From: Octopus vulgaris
Taxonomy: Eukaryota
Direction of reading: 5' to 3'
Assembly (NCBI GenBank): GCA_951406725.2
Contig: OX597825.1
Location: 82,646,001 to 82,710,000 of the forward strand
DNA: 64,000 nt
This document shows, in pieces, positions 42,943 through 59,440 of the stretch. How positions within the stretch are numbered: the first letter of the stretch is position 1; the number at the start of each line of letters is the position of its first letter. Position numbers and translations under genes: made by a program. Under the pieces are notes generated by a model. It was not told where the DNA came from and did no database searches. It saw only the letters and a program-made list of their open reading frames with translations.

Positions 42943-43208
42943 GAACATAATCAAAAAGGGTAATAACATAGGTTATTATTACCAGTGGCCTAGCACAAAA
43001 GACGAATTAGTCATTAGACAAAATATTATTCATATAGAAAAATATTATTCATATAGAAATATAATAAAAGGCTCCCAAATAAGGAAGCTTAGTGCTAGAG
43101 ACACAAATAGGGATAAATTCATGGAGAGAGTGAAAATCAAAAACATTTACCATTAACGATATATCCCGGACTGATCAGTTTCTACCTTTTTCCAGCAAAA
43201 ACGATCTA

Positions 43209-43295
<87 letters not shown>

Positions 43296-43298
<3 letters not shown>

Positions 43299-43500
43299 TT
43301 CAAATTTACAGAAAACAAAAGACGAAGACAAGTGAAAGAGCAGCAAGCAAATGTATTTATTTAACGCTCGGGGAGAATGGGAAAGTCTTTGATGTATCGA
43401 ACCTACGCTCTTCGACGGCGAGTATTAAGATGGGTAAAAATGGAGACGGAATGAAAACAAAGACGGAGAGAAAAATAATGTGTAGCGATTTATTGAGTGT
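43296..43500 (-). mobile_element. degenerate pLTR-like element
   Basis: CCGUCGA-A-GAGC(GUAG)GUUC-GAUACAUC-AAAGAC at 43385-43420; abuts (TA)n. Confidence 0.55.
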
Positions 43501-43859
43501 ATTGTGTGACAATTCGCAGTGATACGATGCAGCGCACATACACACATGCACACACACATATTTATATATATATATGTATGTATGTATGTTTACATGTACA
43601 GACTCACACATATGGTAGACTACTTCCGAATAGACACTGTCGACTTGAAGATGAAGGAATAGTGTAAAGGGGATTACAGTTAAGTTAACAGAAGTTGTAA
43701 GGTTCCACACTAACTGACCCCACTGGACTGTAATTGATTTGTCGTATTAATCGTACACTAGACGAACTTCCAATGATGACGGAAACATGTTTTGGGAAAT
43801 GAAAATACAAAACACATTAAATATAGCTATATATAGCAATAGAATAACAATTTATACGT

Positions 43860-43943
<84 letters not shown>

Positions 43944-45234
43944 CGTGTTCCTGTGTCTGTGTGTCTCCATTGTTTCAACTGTAATTCATCTTTGTATGAT
44001 CTCTACAGTTTACACAGAGGTTATCAACAGAAAATACAGGCCTGAAGGGCAGCTGTCACGAAATATGACAGCAGGTCTCTGATCAAACAGTCGATAGAGA
44101 ATCACCTTTAACTTCATACAATTTCCGATATGACTGAGTTTTATCTTCAAAATTTGAGGTCAGTCGATCTGATGAAATATCACGGACATTTGAGGGTTTC
44201 TTTTTTAAATGTCATCGATATTATTTTCCTATCAGTATATTCTCATATTTTTCCGAGACATTTTGTTTTATTCCGTCATCATTGTTAAACATGTTTACTC
44301 AATAATAGGCGCATAATATAAGTTTAGCAAATATTTACTGTTTACATTTTTACTTTGTTTATATTATGTTCCAGTCCTTTGACTTGTTTCCTAAATCTTA
44401 AATCTTTTAAATCGTTTTCCTTTATTCCCACATGTTTATTATTTATACATTTACGTATTTTAATAATAATAATGTTATACTTTCCTTTATCTTTGTGAAT
44501 ATTGTTTCTTCCATGTTTATATTTCAATATTTTCGTCTCTCCTGCCGTTAGAAAATTCACCTTTATCTATTGGCAAACAAATTCGGCAATTTCAAGTTTT
44601 GAATTCTCGTTAAGTTGCCTTTTTCTCTAATAGGTATACATGAAGGACGTACGTAGGAGGAAATCATTTCGAAACCAAAGATCATAATGATTACAATCGA
44701 ACACACACTATTAAAGTCACATAATTGTGTGTTGTTAAACAGGAGAGTATATTGTAACATCAAATATTACGTAGTAGACTGGTAATAGCGAGACTGGACA
44801 TTGTTGCTTGTTTGATGATGATATCGTTCATTCAACAATATTATTGTTATATGGCTTCGGCAACTAAAGCCTCAGGCATGGGTAAATCAAAAGTGAACTT
44901 AATATTTGGCAGAGAGTTGTTGTGGAAGTTTATCTTCTGGTCAGCTTTGATATAGTAGATCTATTATAATTTAGTATTGTAATTATTTTCATATATTTAC
45001 CCAGATATAATTTATAATTAATAGATTATGCAACAGATTCTTAATTCCCACTGATGGTAAAATAAAATTTTAGAAGGAAATATGACGAGAGTTGATAGAA
45101 GAAAGTGACTTTCAATGTTTTGCTGGTTTTACTTCGATTAATTTGAGTTGAAATGTAATCCATTGATTTCACCTGTACTATGGTATTGCTCGATGCCAAG
45201 CTAGCCATCAGTGGACACATCTATGAAAAAAAAT

Positions 45235-45557
45235 ATTCCACCGCTTATGGAGACAATGGGATTGCACCTAGAATGTTACCCTCCGAGGCACAAGTCCGGG
45301 CAAGCTTGTTTGTGGAAGGCCAGCTGTCGCCCATGCATACCATCCTCCCCTCTCCACGCCACCGATGTTATTCAAGGGAAAGGCAAAGGGGCTGATACAG
45401 CTTGGCACCCGTGATGTCGCAACTCATTTCTACAGCTGAGTGAAATGGAGCAACGTGAAATAAAGTTTCTTGCACAACACGCAGCCCGTTTCGGGAATAG
45501 AACTCACAACCTCTCGATCCTAAGCTCGACGTTCTAACCACTGAGCTATGCACCTTC
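45235..45557 (-). mobile_element. tRNA-derived SINE family C
   Basis: Minus strand GGTGCATAGCTCAGTGGTTAGAACG (A box), GAGTTCTATTCC (B box), CACGTTGCTCCA..CACTCAGCTGTAGAAATGAGT core. Confidence 0.75.
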
Positions 45558-46724
45558 ACAACCTCTTAGACAACCGCTAATAATGCATATGTTCACAGTG
45601 GCCAACGTAGCCTTCTTTTTAAGTCATTAGCGTTAGACATTTGAAGTAGACTTTGTCTGCTATTTTTTGTTGGTCGATGTTTCGTTGCTCAACGCTACTC
45701 CTTCGTGGTCTCATGCGAGACATGACACTGCGATTGAGGCAATAGGCAAGACTAATGAAACGTACAGAAATAGCTTCTTCATCATGTTCATTCGTGTATA
45801 GCATTAATGGATCTAGAGGAAAATGTCTTGTAGTCTACAAAGCGATGTGAAGAAGTAAAAATAGAAATGTTTCATTTGACGGTCAGGGATGGTGTGTTGC
45901 TGCTGTCAGGACTAATCAATGTAGATTAGAGGAAATCCATAGGACTAGAGATAAACTGAAGAACTGTTATATTAGAGATGTACTTGCATAGCAAGTAACC
46001 AGATCTGAGATCGTTGCTAAACAAAAACAGTTGCAGCGTGGAAAGTGTTTATAAGCCATTTAAAAACACACAAAAAAAGTTAGATTCACTTCAATATTTA
46101 AATTTAATTTGCCAAAATATTTTAAAGCGTTGTTAAAATTAATGGCAACGATGGCTGATCACTAATTCCAGGATAAATCTTTATGAAATATCTAAATTTG
46201 TGAAACGAGTAATATGTTAATAAAATAACATACGCGTGATCTATGCATTTAAAATGAGAGAAAATATTTTAAATATATTAATTTAAATCTAGTGTTTGCC
46301 AGTCTGTATGTTTTGCCTCTGTACACATTTTTAGTCGAGCGATAAGAAAAATTGATGTATTTCGTTTAGAAAATTATAACATCGAATACTATCAAGTGCA
46401 ACGTATGCTATTCGAAATATCCATACCTGAAAAGAATGTTTTATCTCAAAGTTCGCAGCTTCGCAGCGGATGCAGATATGAAGGAATTTACGACATTTCA
46501 AAAGACGGGCTTAAATATCTGAAATTATTCTTGATTGTTAAAAGGATTACAGATATTGATTTACAATTTGTCACTAGCTTTGATGAAAGGAATATCTCCT
46601 AAGATTTCTGTCGCCTCACCTTTAGTCAAACTGCGTTTTGAATTTCTGAGGTGGATTCTACAGGTTATGTGTACTTTTTCTCTCTCAGGAATTATTGCTT
46701 ATATCAAATTATGGTACATATCTT

Positions 46725-46963
<239 letters not shown>

Positions 46964-47475
46964 TATATACGTACACATATATATATAGATATATATGCAC
47001 GTATGTGTGTGTATATATATATATATTTATATATACGTACATATATATAAATATATATGCACTTATGTGTGTGTATACATATATATATATATGTGTGTGT
47101 GTGTATGTATGTATATATGTATGTAAATGACTGATATTTGATCGGACAAGCGTTAGTCCTTAAATTGAAAATAATCTCAGTGCGGTTATTAGGTTATTAT
47201 CATACGTGACTTCAGCTTGTGAGATGAGGTAAACACAATATGTTGCCGATCTTCTTCCTGTTGTAGTTGTTGCCTTTGTTGATCTGGTTGGTATTGAAGC
47301 TGTGGGTGTTGTTATTTTCGCTACTTATGGAGCAACTTCAAATTTAAAACGCATTCCGAATGTCTCCATCGATCGTTATTGCACATAGGGCATCTACGTG
47401 TATGCTATAGAATGCATTCTTTCTTTTTAACGATTTGCAGTTGTATATTGTAGTTGTACACGTTCTATTACATAG

Positions 47476-47697
47476 CTAGTGGTTGGTGTAGAGATCGTGG
47501 GTTCGACTCCCACGCTGGAAGGTAAGTTATATTCTTGAGAAAGGAAAAACTCCCTTTCGCGTTTCCTTGACGTAAAAAGCAGCGGTTCGGTAAAAAACGG
47601 ATACGATAACTACACTGCATCAATCTGTTCGACTAGACTCTTCAAAAGCCTGCATGGCCGTTGACTAATGATTGAAACGTGCAACAGAATAAAAAAC
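47476..47697 (+). mobile_element. degenerate tRNA-type SINE with family B-like tail
   Basis: GGGTTCGACTCCC B box; agcggttcgg..gcatggccg..aatgattgaaac. Confidence 0.55.
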
Positions 47698-47914
47698 CTA
47701 TGTGCGTTCGTCTGTGGGTATGTATGTGTTGCTTCAGCAGAACCGCAACTATATAGCTGAAACGAGTAAAAGAATAAAAGATTATTATACGTACATATGT
47801 ATGTATATATGCATATATATATACATATATACATATATACATATAGACATACATATATATATATACACATTCGTATGTATACATACACACATGTATATAT
47901 ATAAATATATATAC

Positions 47915-48020
47915 TTCTTACTTATTCTATCGGTCTCTTTTGACGAACCGCTAAGTAACGGGGACATAAACACACCAGCATCGGTTGTCAAGCAATGGCA
48001 GGGGGACAAACACAGACACA
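47915..48020 (-). mobile_element. SINE family B, middle fragment
   Basis: ttattctatcggtctcttttgacgaaccgctaagtaacggggac matches 51250-51300. Confidence 0.7.
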
Positions 48021-48034
48021 CAAGCACACACACG

Positions 48035-48095
<61 letters not shown>

Positions 48096-49020
48096 TGTAT
48101 TTATTACCACACAGCCACTCCTGCATATATATATATATGTATTTATTTATTATGTAGCTATGTATGTATGCAGGTAGGTATGTTGGTAGGTAGGTAGGTA
48201 GGTATGTAGGTATGTATATGTATATACACACTGACACGCGTATATGGGGGGCAATTGCGCAATACCGTTTACCAGATTTGTTCGATTCCTGCTGGTATTA
48301 TTCGTAACCTTAAATCAAATACTGGCTATGTTTTTATTATCGAAGAAAATCAAATACGAATATCTAAAGAATACCCCATGCATGTATCTTCATAAATTGA
48401 ATGCATTTAATATATGTGTTTCCAGTTGTTGCGTATGATATTTATTATGTTAAATCCTCCTCAGCAAACATTTCAAAATATACATAAACAAATATGCTTT
48501 TGCATATACGTGTGTAGTTGTTTGTGAATGTATGTGTGTGTATGTATGCTTTATATTATTTGGAATTGCTAATAAACATCACCACAATTGAAAAAATTAT
48601 TTCCTGCTTAAGGAAATCTATGCATGAAATAAAATGAAATTTATCGATAATAATGTTGATTGGGAATTTAGTTTTCTCCCTTTACGGTTCATCCGGAGAA
48701 GGAAAATATATTATGGACATTACTGTCAAAAACATTCGTCATTGTTTCCTCCAAATTAATTTGTGGGTTTCAGCTTTGTGCCTCAGATTCCACTCCAAGA
48801 CGAGGGCCCACTTATGGAAACCGTAGTAGTATTATTAAGGATAGGAAAACGCTACGTATTATTTCCGAACTTGACAAGTGTTTATTTACAATCCGTTCAT
48901 TTGGACTCGAGAAAATTATTCAGCAATGAAAAATTCACCTAGAAAAATAATAAAAGAAGAACAAACATACGAATGAAAGAATAACATGGATCAGATATTC
49001 TTACAAATGAAAATAGAACC

Positions 49021-49408
49021 TCTCTCTATATATAAGCTGAAGTTGCCTGTGTATAGCAGGTTTGGTAGCCTTCAACTACCACTATCTCCTCCGAGACCCT
49101 GCGGTGTAAGTTGACCAAAATTGAAAGTATGATAGAAGGCCTGCTCTTCGTTTTGTAGGAGAAAAAATTCAAATCGGACCTTGTTAAGACCAAAAATTAT
49201 TAACATCAAAAAGGCGTTTTTTTTTTCTATGAAAACCCCTATTTTTTAATTTTTTGACTGCTGCGTTGCCATTTTTCGGTGTATTTCAACCAGAAAAATG
49301 TTCACTTAAAGAGAATAACAAGCTACATAATGCAAAATTTTTACTTTTCAACAATTCCAATTCTAAAGGGTCGAAACAAAGCCGAGCAACGCCGGGCGAT
49401 ACTGCTAG
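49021..49408 (+). mobile_element. non-autonomous Helitron, body type 2
   Basis: TC start, hairpin, CTAG|T end. Confidence 0.8.
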
Positions 49409-50955
49409 TAAATGGTTAAAAGAAAGCGATAGTACAATTATTTGATGAAATTCAGGTTGTAGCCATTGAATTCATCAATAAAAATTTTAACATGATTTAC
49501 AGGTTAGTAAAAAGTAAATGACAATTATCAGTGATGGAGGATAAATTTGAACTTCAGATTAACAATAGACAACAATTAGGAAAGTTCTTGGGTTTAGCAA
49601 CTTTGTGCAACTCTGCTTACAGTAAATATTACTGAATCAAGAAACGTCACTTTCTCAAGTACTATGGGAAAGAAAAAACATTCTTTGCGCTTCCTTAATT
49701 GCAAGTGAATCAGTGTTACTTGTTTTTTTATAAAATACAAATGTGAAACTTGTAAAGCAACGCTGTTTCTTGATTTCATAGAATTAGAATAATGAGCGGT
49801 TGAGATTATTTATGTTATGGAACGGAAAACGTTTATTTCCGTAGGATTTCATGCAATATTTATTGAGTCTTTTCTTCACATTGTGTTATATCATAGGGAG
49901 AAGCATAATTACATTAAGATCTCATGTTGGCATGCACACACACACACACACATACACACATACAAACAAACACACACACATACACACACACAGACACACA
50001 CATTTATGGAGCAGTCAGCAAATCTTGAAACGATCAGTCGAGAAACATCCCTCATTTTCTTCTGCATGAGACCACAGAAAACGTATTTCTATAATTTTAA
50101 AACTAAATACACAGTGAGTCTTTATAGCATTTAAATATATTTCTCTTGTTATGCACACACATACTCACACACACACACACGGAGGAATCAATTGAGCGTT
50201 TGAATCTATTTGAGGCTAAATCGACCCTTAAGTTTTCAGAGGGTAATATATTAATGTACCAGTGAAGAGAAATATGTGGGTTGTCCTTACTTCGCTGTTT
50301 CCAGCAATCAACTGCACCACTAAATGTTTGGCCGATTCTGGAAATCTATTTTAAAGAAAGACGTAAATGCGACGAAGATACGTCATTTAAAGAATTCGGA
50401 AAAAAAAATTCTAGTTAGAGTCTCTTGGATTTAGATGTTCCTGCGAAAACATGCTAATATACAAAATCTACGTTGCATCGAATATAGCAGATGGAAGATA
50501 CACAGCACCGCATCATCCTTGTGATTACGATTTTCACGTTATTTTTGTGTTTTTGCGAAATACTCTCAGAATATCGTTTTCTTGAAGAATTTCGATCAAT
50601 GACTGATAGCGAACACATTATGACACTAAAATAACAGATATTAAGCATTTTAAATGTTACACGATGGTTAAATGATATTCGCAATTGTCAATTCTCAAAT
50701 AAGAGCGTGGGAAAGATTGAGAATATGGCAGTAAGCAATAGGTTTTATTTTCGAATGCCAACATACGAACATCCATACAAGCACACGTTCATACATACGT
50801 ATACATGCGAGCGTATAAGTGTTTATATATATATATATATATTACTGTAAATATGTTTATATATGTATAGAAATAAGCAGATACATATCCACCCCATACA
50901 TACACACATACGGACACTGATATAAAGAAACATTTATTAACTGTCTTTCTCAATA

Positions 50956-50991
<36 letters not shown>

Positions 50992-51142
50992 AATCTACAT
51001 TTCTACCTATATATTAACGTCTTTATCAACCTCCCTCTCTCTCTCTGTCTCTCTCGCGTGTTTGTTTACCGGGGGTGGGGGTGTTTGTTTATAACTGCGT
51101 GATTGTCCGTATGAGTGTATAAATTTTGATGTGTATACATGT

Positions 51143-51344
51143 ATTCTTTTAATCATTTACTTGTTTCAGTCACTTGACTGCAGCCATGCTGGAGCATCGC
51201 CTTCAGTCGAACAAATCGATCCCAGGACTTATTCCTTGTAAGCCTAGTACTTATTCTATTTGCCAAACAGCTTAGTTACGGGGACGTAAAAACACCAACA
51301 GAGACACAATAATACACACACAAAACACATACAAATATACATAC

Positions 51345-51379
<35 letters not shown>

Positions 51380-51564
51380 CGTGTGTGTGTGTGTATATAT
51401 ATATGAGAGGCTACTTTCAGTTTCTGTCTAGCCAATCCACGCACAAGACTGGTCGTCCCGAAGCTATTGTAGAAGACACTTACCCAAGGTTCCATGCAGA
51501 GGGACTGAACCCGGAGTCATGTGGTTGAGAAGCAAGTTCCTTACTTCACAGCCACTCCTGCGCC
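51143..51564 (-). mobile_element. SINE family B, full length with internal microsatellite
   Basis: Minus strand GGCGCAGGAGTGGCTGTG head, GGGTTCAGTCCC B box, tail ending aatgattaaaagaata. Confidence 0.8.
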
Positions 51565-52759
51565 TTTGTACATCTTTCTCTACATATGTATTACCTTTAT
51601 GTTACGATGCATTGAAACAGACATAATTTGTTTATAATTGATGCTTAAACCAGCCATTCGTTCTTATATAACCACCCATATACAAAGGACAACCAGGAAG
51701 TATTTCATTTATATTTCATGTCGGAATATTATTTAGACAATATATAACATTGTGGAAAGCCTCCTCGCATAAATCTTTCACGAGCCATGTTACTAAACTT
51801 TGCAACACTCAGATCTGCCGGCACTAACAATGTTTGTAATCCGTAAACTGTAGTCGCTCCCTAATGGATCGATTAGCATCATCATTGTCTATTAAGTGAA
51901 AATCAATAATTTCACGACTAAAGAATTCCTTTTATCTTTTCAGCGTTAATTGAATAATATAAATCTTATGACTATCTCATTTAATTTGTAGATTGTAGCA
52001 ATTATACGCATCTTAATTTGAAGAGAATACTTTAAAACTTAAACGTTTCTCTACAGTGTAATATTTACTACGCTTGCATATCACTTACTTTTAATCATCC
52101 GAGAGGATATGTAAATTCTAAACGAAGAATTCCAGCTAAATAATTATTGCAATAATTATTTAACGATTTCCATATTGTAGTGAGGCATTGCTTGGAATGG
52201 TAGCTTCAATGAAGAATATTAAGCAACGATTTTCTTAGATCAATGGGAAATATTGAAGACGTTGAAACGAGAGTTCTAACGCAAATGACAATTTCCAATG
52301 AGGTGTAAACTAATTGTTGCGAAGAATATTGTTTTTGTAAATTCATGTATTCAGTTAGAATCCTAAAAGTATTTATTTACAAAAGTTTTAACAAGTTTTA
52401 ATGGAATAAACACTAAATACTGTCGTGCGAAATTAATAAACGTTGAACAATCAGAATAATTGAGAAAGTTATATAATTTCATTTCTTTTTCGATTATGAC
52501 AAGTATTTATATATACGGAGTAGGAGTGTAACAAGAATAATCTATTAGTGCAACATTCCTTTCGGTTTCATACAGCGCTGATGACAATTTGTTGACTCAC
52601 GTGATGAACGTGCTCTGTAGACCCTCTACCTGGGACTTACCTTGAAACAAGTCTTAGATACTTACCCTGAAATAAATCTTGGATACAGTATTTAACGCCT
52701 AATTTCTGAACCTTAATTCTGTAATTTTAAATTCGATCTATATATATATATATATATAT

Positions 52760-53665
<906 letters not shown>

Positions 53666-53750
53666 TATTTTAAATAGATTGATAGATAGATAGATATAGA
53701 GATAGATAGATAGACAGATAGATAGATAAATAGATAGATAGATAAATAGT

Positions 53751-53800
<50 letters not shown>

Positions 53801-54339
53801 TAGATATAAATATAGATATAGACATACATGTACACAGACGAAAACACACAAACACACTCACACATGCGCGCACAGACACATATCTTTGGTTTTTTTAGCG
53901 TTCAAATGAGGACTTATTTTTTTCCCTTTGCGACTTGTCTGCCTATACTAGACATACCTATCACCAATTATACCTCACCACAAACATCTGAGGAAAACTG
54001 AAGTCCAATTAACGAGTATTAGATTTCCACGAAAAAAAAAATAAAATAAAACAATCGCTGAAAGTGAATATTGAAACCTGTTACAGTAAAATGGTAATGA
54101 GGGGGAAAAAAATATTTATTTCTAATTTTATTTGGACGATTTTGCCGCAATTAGTGTCTTGGTTTTAAACGTATAACTAGTTATCTCCACTGGAAGTTAT
54201 TGAAAGCTAATTACCTGAACGTGGGATGGATATGAAATATATGGGTAATTGGAAATATAATTAAATCAGGAAGATGATTACATAAATAGATTACTATAGT
54301 ATAGATTAGTAAAACCTGAGTCAAACTAATGGCGCATAG

Positions 54340-54372
<33 letters not shown>

Positions 54373-55999
54373 TTGAGGGCTAGTGTAATGATCATCCAAA
54401 TTATGCTAGAAATAATAACCAAAGTGACTGCACTTTATATATTCTCTTAAAGGAAAGCGAAGAAAATATAGATTGATTGATGATTTTCTGGTTAAATATA
54501 TTTCCTTTTACTTTGCAGCAGGTGGGTTTTATTTGGTCACAAGTCAGTTCGACCAGGTCTGACCTGCACCGAAGCAGCATTGAAAATATATAGTAATATA
54601 GCTTACATTTCGCTTTCATAGTCTTCGGACAGGCAAACAATTTCGAACACGAAGATGAATGATTAACTAATTCGACTGTTTACACTGTAGTTAATTAATT
54701 GGTTTTGTTTTACCCCATGTTGGCCCCTACCAAACAGACTAATGATCAAAATTATAAACGATATATTTAATTCCTCTTTCGTTGTTGTTTGGAGAAGTAC
54801 ACAGGCTACAGGTGTACTTTTAAGTTGTTGGATCAAAGTAATTAAGTTGGACTAGGCTGCTATTACTAGCAGTCTCACAGAACAATGTTTGAATGGTAGT
54901 ACTAAAATCAAAGTTGGGTGAGTGATATCGATACTTTTATGAATAATTATTTTTGTGCCTAACATTCTCCAGGTCTAACGACAACTTATTCCGTTCAGGG
55001 TGGAAGCATGCCTTACACAGAAAGTGAAAATAAAGAAGAATGGAATCCAGCAGAACAAAGTCATCTTGGATTCGGCGACACTTGAACTAAAAAGAAAAAC
55101 AAATACAAAAAAAAAATCATTAGAGCAATCTATCAACTCTAACATTCAGTTCTTATAAAAAAATATAAGCGATTTTACCAGTGAATCCGGATCGAAAGGA
55201 AAGCGTTAGTTCCTGACTATTAGTGTTTCTGACACCCTGATGATATAACACTACAGTCGTATGTTATATTGATTTCAAAGTTTGGAAAAAGACCAATAAT
55301 TTCACGAGACGTAGTAAATAGTTGACATCGACACCTCTCTCCAACTGAGACATGTATTATCGAGGCGTGTGTGTACATATGCATTTATTTGCGTGTTCTT
55401 TGTGGTTTTTCCACACCGCTTGTCAACGGGTACTGGTTTGCTTATGTCGCTTAGCTTGATGCTTCGTCATCAAAGACAATCTAGATCTTGTATCAATTCG
55501 TTCGATCAAAATATTAATTAAAGGTGTCGCAGTCCAATGATTGTAACCATTAGAAGAACCTGTCTAACTGTCTCTTTTCCAACATGACCTATATAATTTC
55601 AACCGATTTTTTTGCTGTCCCGGTGAAACACATCACCTAATAACATCGGAGTCCATTATAGATGCAACAAAAATACATCTAACGCAAAAATAATAATTGT
55701 ACCAAGAATAATCAATAGAAAAAGTGTAATTCGATACTAGAATCTATTTTTGCAAAGGACAACGATCAAAGAGCATTTCTTTGTTAAGTGTGTTGGAGCA
55801 TGTGTTTAATATATTTATTGTATTTATTATTTACTCAAACCTCCATTGTTTTGGTTTTACGCCCCTCGAAGCATTCACGTTCCATCAATTGAGAATTGTG
55901 CGGTGACTGACATCACAAACACAGCGTCACTGTCTTCCTTTAACATTCCATCATTCATGTTCGGTCGTATGTTTCTATTCTCATATTCCGCCTCCTCAT

Positions 56000-56560
56000 C
56001 TTTGTTGTCATCGTCATCATCATCATCACAACCACCATCACCAATACCATCGCCACTACCACCATAACTATCACCACCACCACCACAACCACCACCACCA
56101 CCACCACCAGCTCCACCACCACAACCATCACCATTACCACCACCATCACCACCACCACCAGAACCACCACCACCATCATCATCACCACAACAACCATCAC
56201 CAACACCACCGCAACCACCACCACAATCATCACCACCACCGTCAACACAGCCACCACCACAACCACAACCATTACCACCACAACCATCACCACCACCACC
56301 ACCACCACCAGCACCACGATCAGCACCACCATCACCACCATGTGACCGTGTTTATCGTTACTGTCATGACCATCGGCATGATTACCGTCGTCATTATGAT
56401 CCTCTTCATGATCGTAATCTTCATCATTATTGTCGTCGTCATCATGTCGTCGTCATCGCCGCCATCATCGTTAATGCTTGATCGACAGCTTTACTCTCAT
56501 CATCATAATAATCGTCAGAATCATCGACAACAACAACACCAACAACAATTGCATCACGAC
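56000..56560. repeat. compound (CAC)n/(CAT)n/(CAA)n microsatellite
   Basis: Direct reading. Confidence 0.95.
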
Positions 56561-56840
56561 CAGCAAATGGTGAAATGAGGAAAAGGGAGAACACACAAAC
56601 TTAAGCTGGAATATTTAAAAGGAATCGAATGGGAAAAGAGAATAAAAGAACGAAAACCCAGAAAGGAAACAAGGGTCACGCTCCCTTTGTTAGTCGAAAT
56701 CAGAAATAAATGAATGGTGTTCAAATCAGAATTATTAGAGCAGATGTACAATAATTCGAGGGTGCTGGGGCCTAAACGTGTAAGATACATCCTTAACCTG
56801 AAGGTGGTTCCTCCGGTTTCATAAAGTAAATCTCTACGAA

Positions 56841-56935
56841 GGGCTGTGTGGTAAGTAGCTTGCTTACCAACCACATAGGTCCTGGATCAATCTCCCAATA
56901 CGTGGCACCTTGGGCAAGTGTATTATTCTACTATT
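56841..56935 (+). mobile_element. SINE family B head
   Basis: ggctgtgtggtaagtagcttgcttaccaaccacat..cgtggcaccttgggcaagtg. Confidence 0.7.
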
Positions 56936-57014
56936 GCAGATGACTGCTTGGAAGAAGAGAGATTAGATATCCTGACACCGATATTTCCTGTAAGGTTTTA
57001 AAACATTATGTTGG

Positions 57015-57303
57015 GTGAACATTTTTCTGGTTGAAATACACCGAAAAATGGCGAAACAGCAGTCAAAAAGTCGTAAAAAATGGGATGTGTCATAGAAAAA
57101 AAGCACCTTTTTGATGTAAATAAGTTTTGGTGTCAACATGGTCCGATTTAAATTTTTTCTTCTACGGAAGGAAGAGCAAGCCTTCTTCTATCATACTTTC
57201 AATTTTGGTCAACTTGCGCCACAGTGTCTCGGAGGAGATAGTGTTAGTTGAAGGCTACCAAACCTGCCATACACAGACAACTTCAGCATTATATAGAGAG
57301 AGA
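57015..57303 (-). mobile_element. non-autonomous Helitron type 2, 3'-truncated
   Basis: Matches the 5' three-quarters of 20758-21148; no CTAG end. Confidence 0.75.
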
Positions 57304-58454
57304 TTTGTTCGTTTCGTTTTCTTTTGCCATCATCTTCCTCTCGTCTTTCTCCATAGCGTCCTTTCTGATTTATAAAATTTATTATTTCAAATAGACCAAC
57401 CATGTGAGCATGAAATCTGCCGATATACTGAGTTTCCACAGCATGAAATTCATAGAAGATTGTATTTTAATAATGCGTATATTTAATGATATTTAAGTGT
57501 TGCTAGGTAGAGTGCTTATTTGTTGTATCTACTAATAACGGAACAGTCATTACCCACACACACATACATACACAAACTCCAATACATACATACACACACA
57601 CACACACACGTATGTATGAATATATTTGGGTCTACATGTGTGTGTGTGTGTGTAGATGCTATTTAGAAGTTAAGAAGCAAAATACTTAGCAGATGCAGGA
57701 GACATCTTTAGTACACTTTGATGCCTCTCGGGGTATTACATTAAAAGTGTCCTCTAACAGATACTAAACACCCTCACATACTTTTTCCCATAATGCAATC
57801 AGTTCTATCACCTGCAATTATTGATAATTCACTGGCAGCTGTCATTTTAAATATATACCAGTCGTTAGTGATTAGAAACCATTCACGAACTTGATACATA
57901 TTCGAACATAAGGAGAATTTCAAATGTAACTGAAAAAGAAAATATATACTTACGTTTCCAGAAGGCAACTACTTAAGTGGCTAACGGAAAATTGATCATA
58001 CTCTTAAAAACATAAACTTATTGAAATCTTCAACAATATGTCAAAATCCAATGGAGAAATATTCTTTTCAATTATATTTTCTCATCTCTTTTTGTGTTTT
58101 CCGTAATATTTTCACTTTAATATATTTTCTGTACAGAAATCAAATGACATCGTCAAATGTTACATTTACTAGAATAGCTTGAAGTAAGTTTGAAATAGTT
58201 GTGCGTATTATTTAGACTTACACTCAAACATATACGTATACACCCACATACATATACACGGTTATCTACATAAGTGCATTTATGTACACACAGTGAGGCA
58301 TATTCCGGCTGATACAAACATACATGTCAATTTTTATATGTATATATAAAGAGCTACAAGTATTTAGGTTTCTGTGAGTATTTACGTGTCTTTCTGCATA
58401 TATCTGTATACATATACATATATGTGTATGTATACTAATGTCCATACTCTTGTA

Positions 58455-58803
58455 CTGTAACCCCAGGACTATCGCGGGTGTTACGTTCCAAAACCTTCCA
58501 CAGAAATAATTAAAATCTAAAAAATTATAAATACAAATCGGTCACAGAAACCCGCGATGTACTGAGAAACCCGCGATATAAATGTACATATCTTAGTCAG
58601 AAAACCCTCGATTATCGCGGGTGTTATGTTCAAAAACCTTCCACAGAAATAATTAAAATCTAAAAAATTATAAATACAAATCGGTCGCAGAAACCCGCGA
58701 TATACTGATAAATCCGCGATATAAATGTACATATATTAGCCAGAAAAATCCGCTATATACTAAGGGAGGGATAGGTGAGCCGCAATATGACGAGAGGTTA
58801 CTG
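58455..58803. mobile_element. Tigger/pogo-like MITE with internal 143-bp tandem duplication
   Basis: TA|CTGTAACCCC..TCGCGG and CCGCAA..GAGGTTACTG|TA termini; units start at 58470 and 58613. Confidence 0.75.
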
Positions 58804-59106
58804 TATATGTCTGTCAGTCTATTGATCTGCCGATATATATATGTACATACATATTTATGTACTTATGCATACATACAAAAATTACGCATATGTACATGCT
58901 TACATACATATATATATATACATACATATAAATCCAATCCATCACTGGAACTGTAAAAATCTGTAAATCTTCAAGGTTTTTTCAGTTCAGTATATATGAA
59001 CATGTATAGATATGTAAGTATATGAATCAAAAGACATACAAGAACCAAGGCATACAAAACTACACATATACACATATACATATTACACACATATATATGT
59101 ACATAG

Positions 59107-59408
59107 ATACATACATACATACATACATACATACATACATACATACATACATACATACATACATACATACATACATACATAAAAAACAAACATACATACA
59201 TACATACATACATACATACATACATACATACGTACATACATACATACATACATACGTACATACATAGATACATACATACATACATACATACATACATACA
59301 TACATACATACATACATACATACATACATACATACATACATACATACATACATACATACATACATACATACATACATACATACATACATACATACATACA
59401 TACATACA

Positions 59409-59440
<32 letters not shown>

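Noticed and set aside
45460-45557. tRNA-like sequence
   Set aside because: It is a SINE head continuing into the SINE core, with no complete cloverleaf
54515-54570. Short hairpin resembling a pre-miRNA next to CAGCAG|GT
   Set aside because: Stem is short and interrupted, and matches no mature miRNA I recognise
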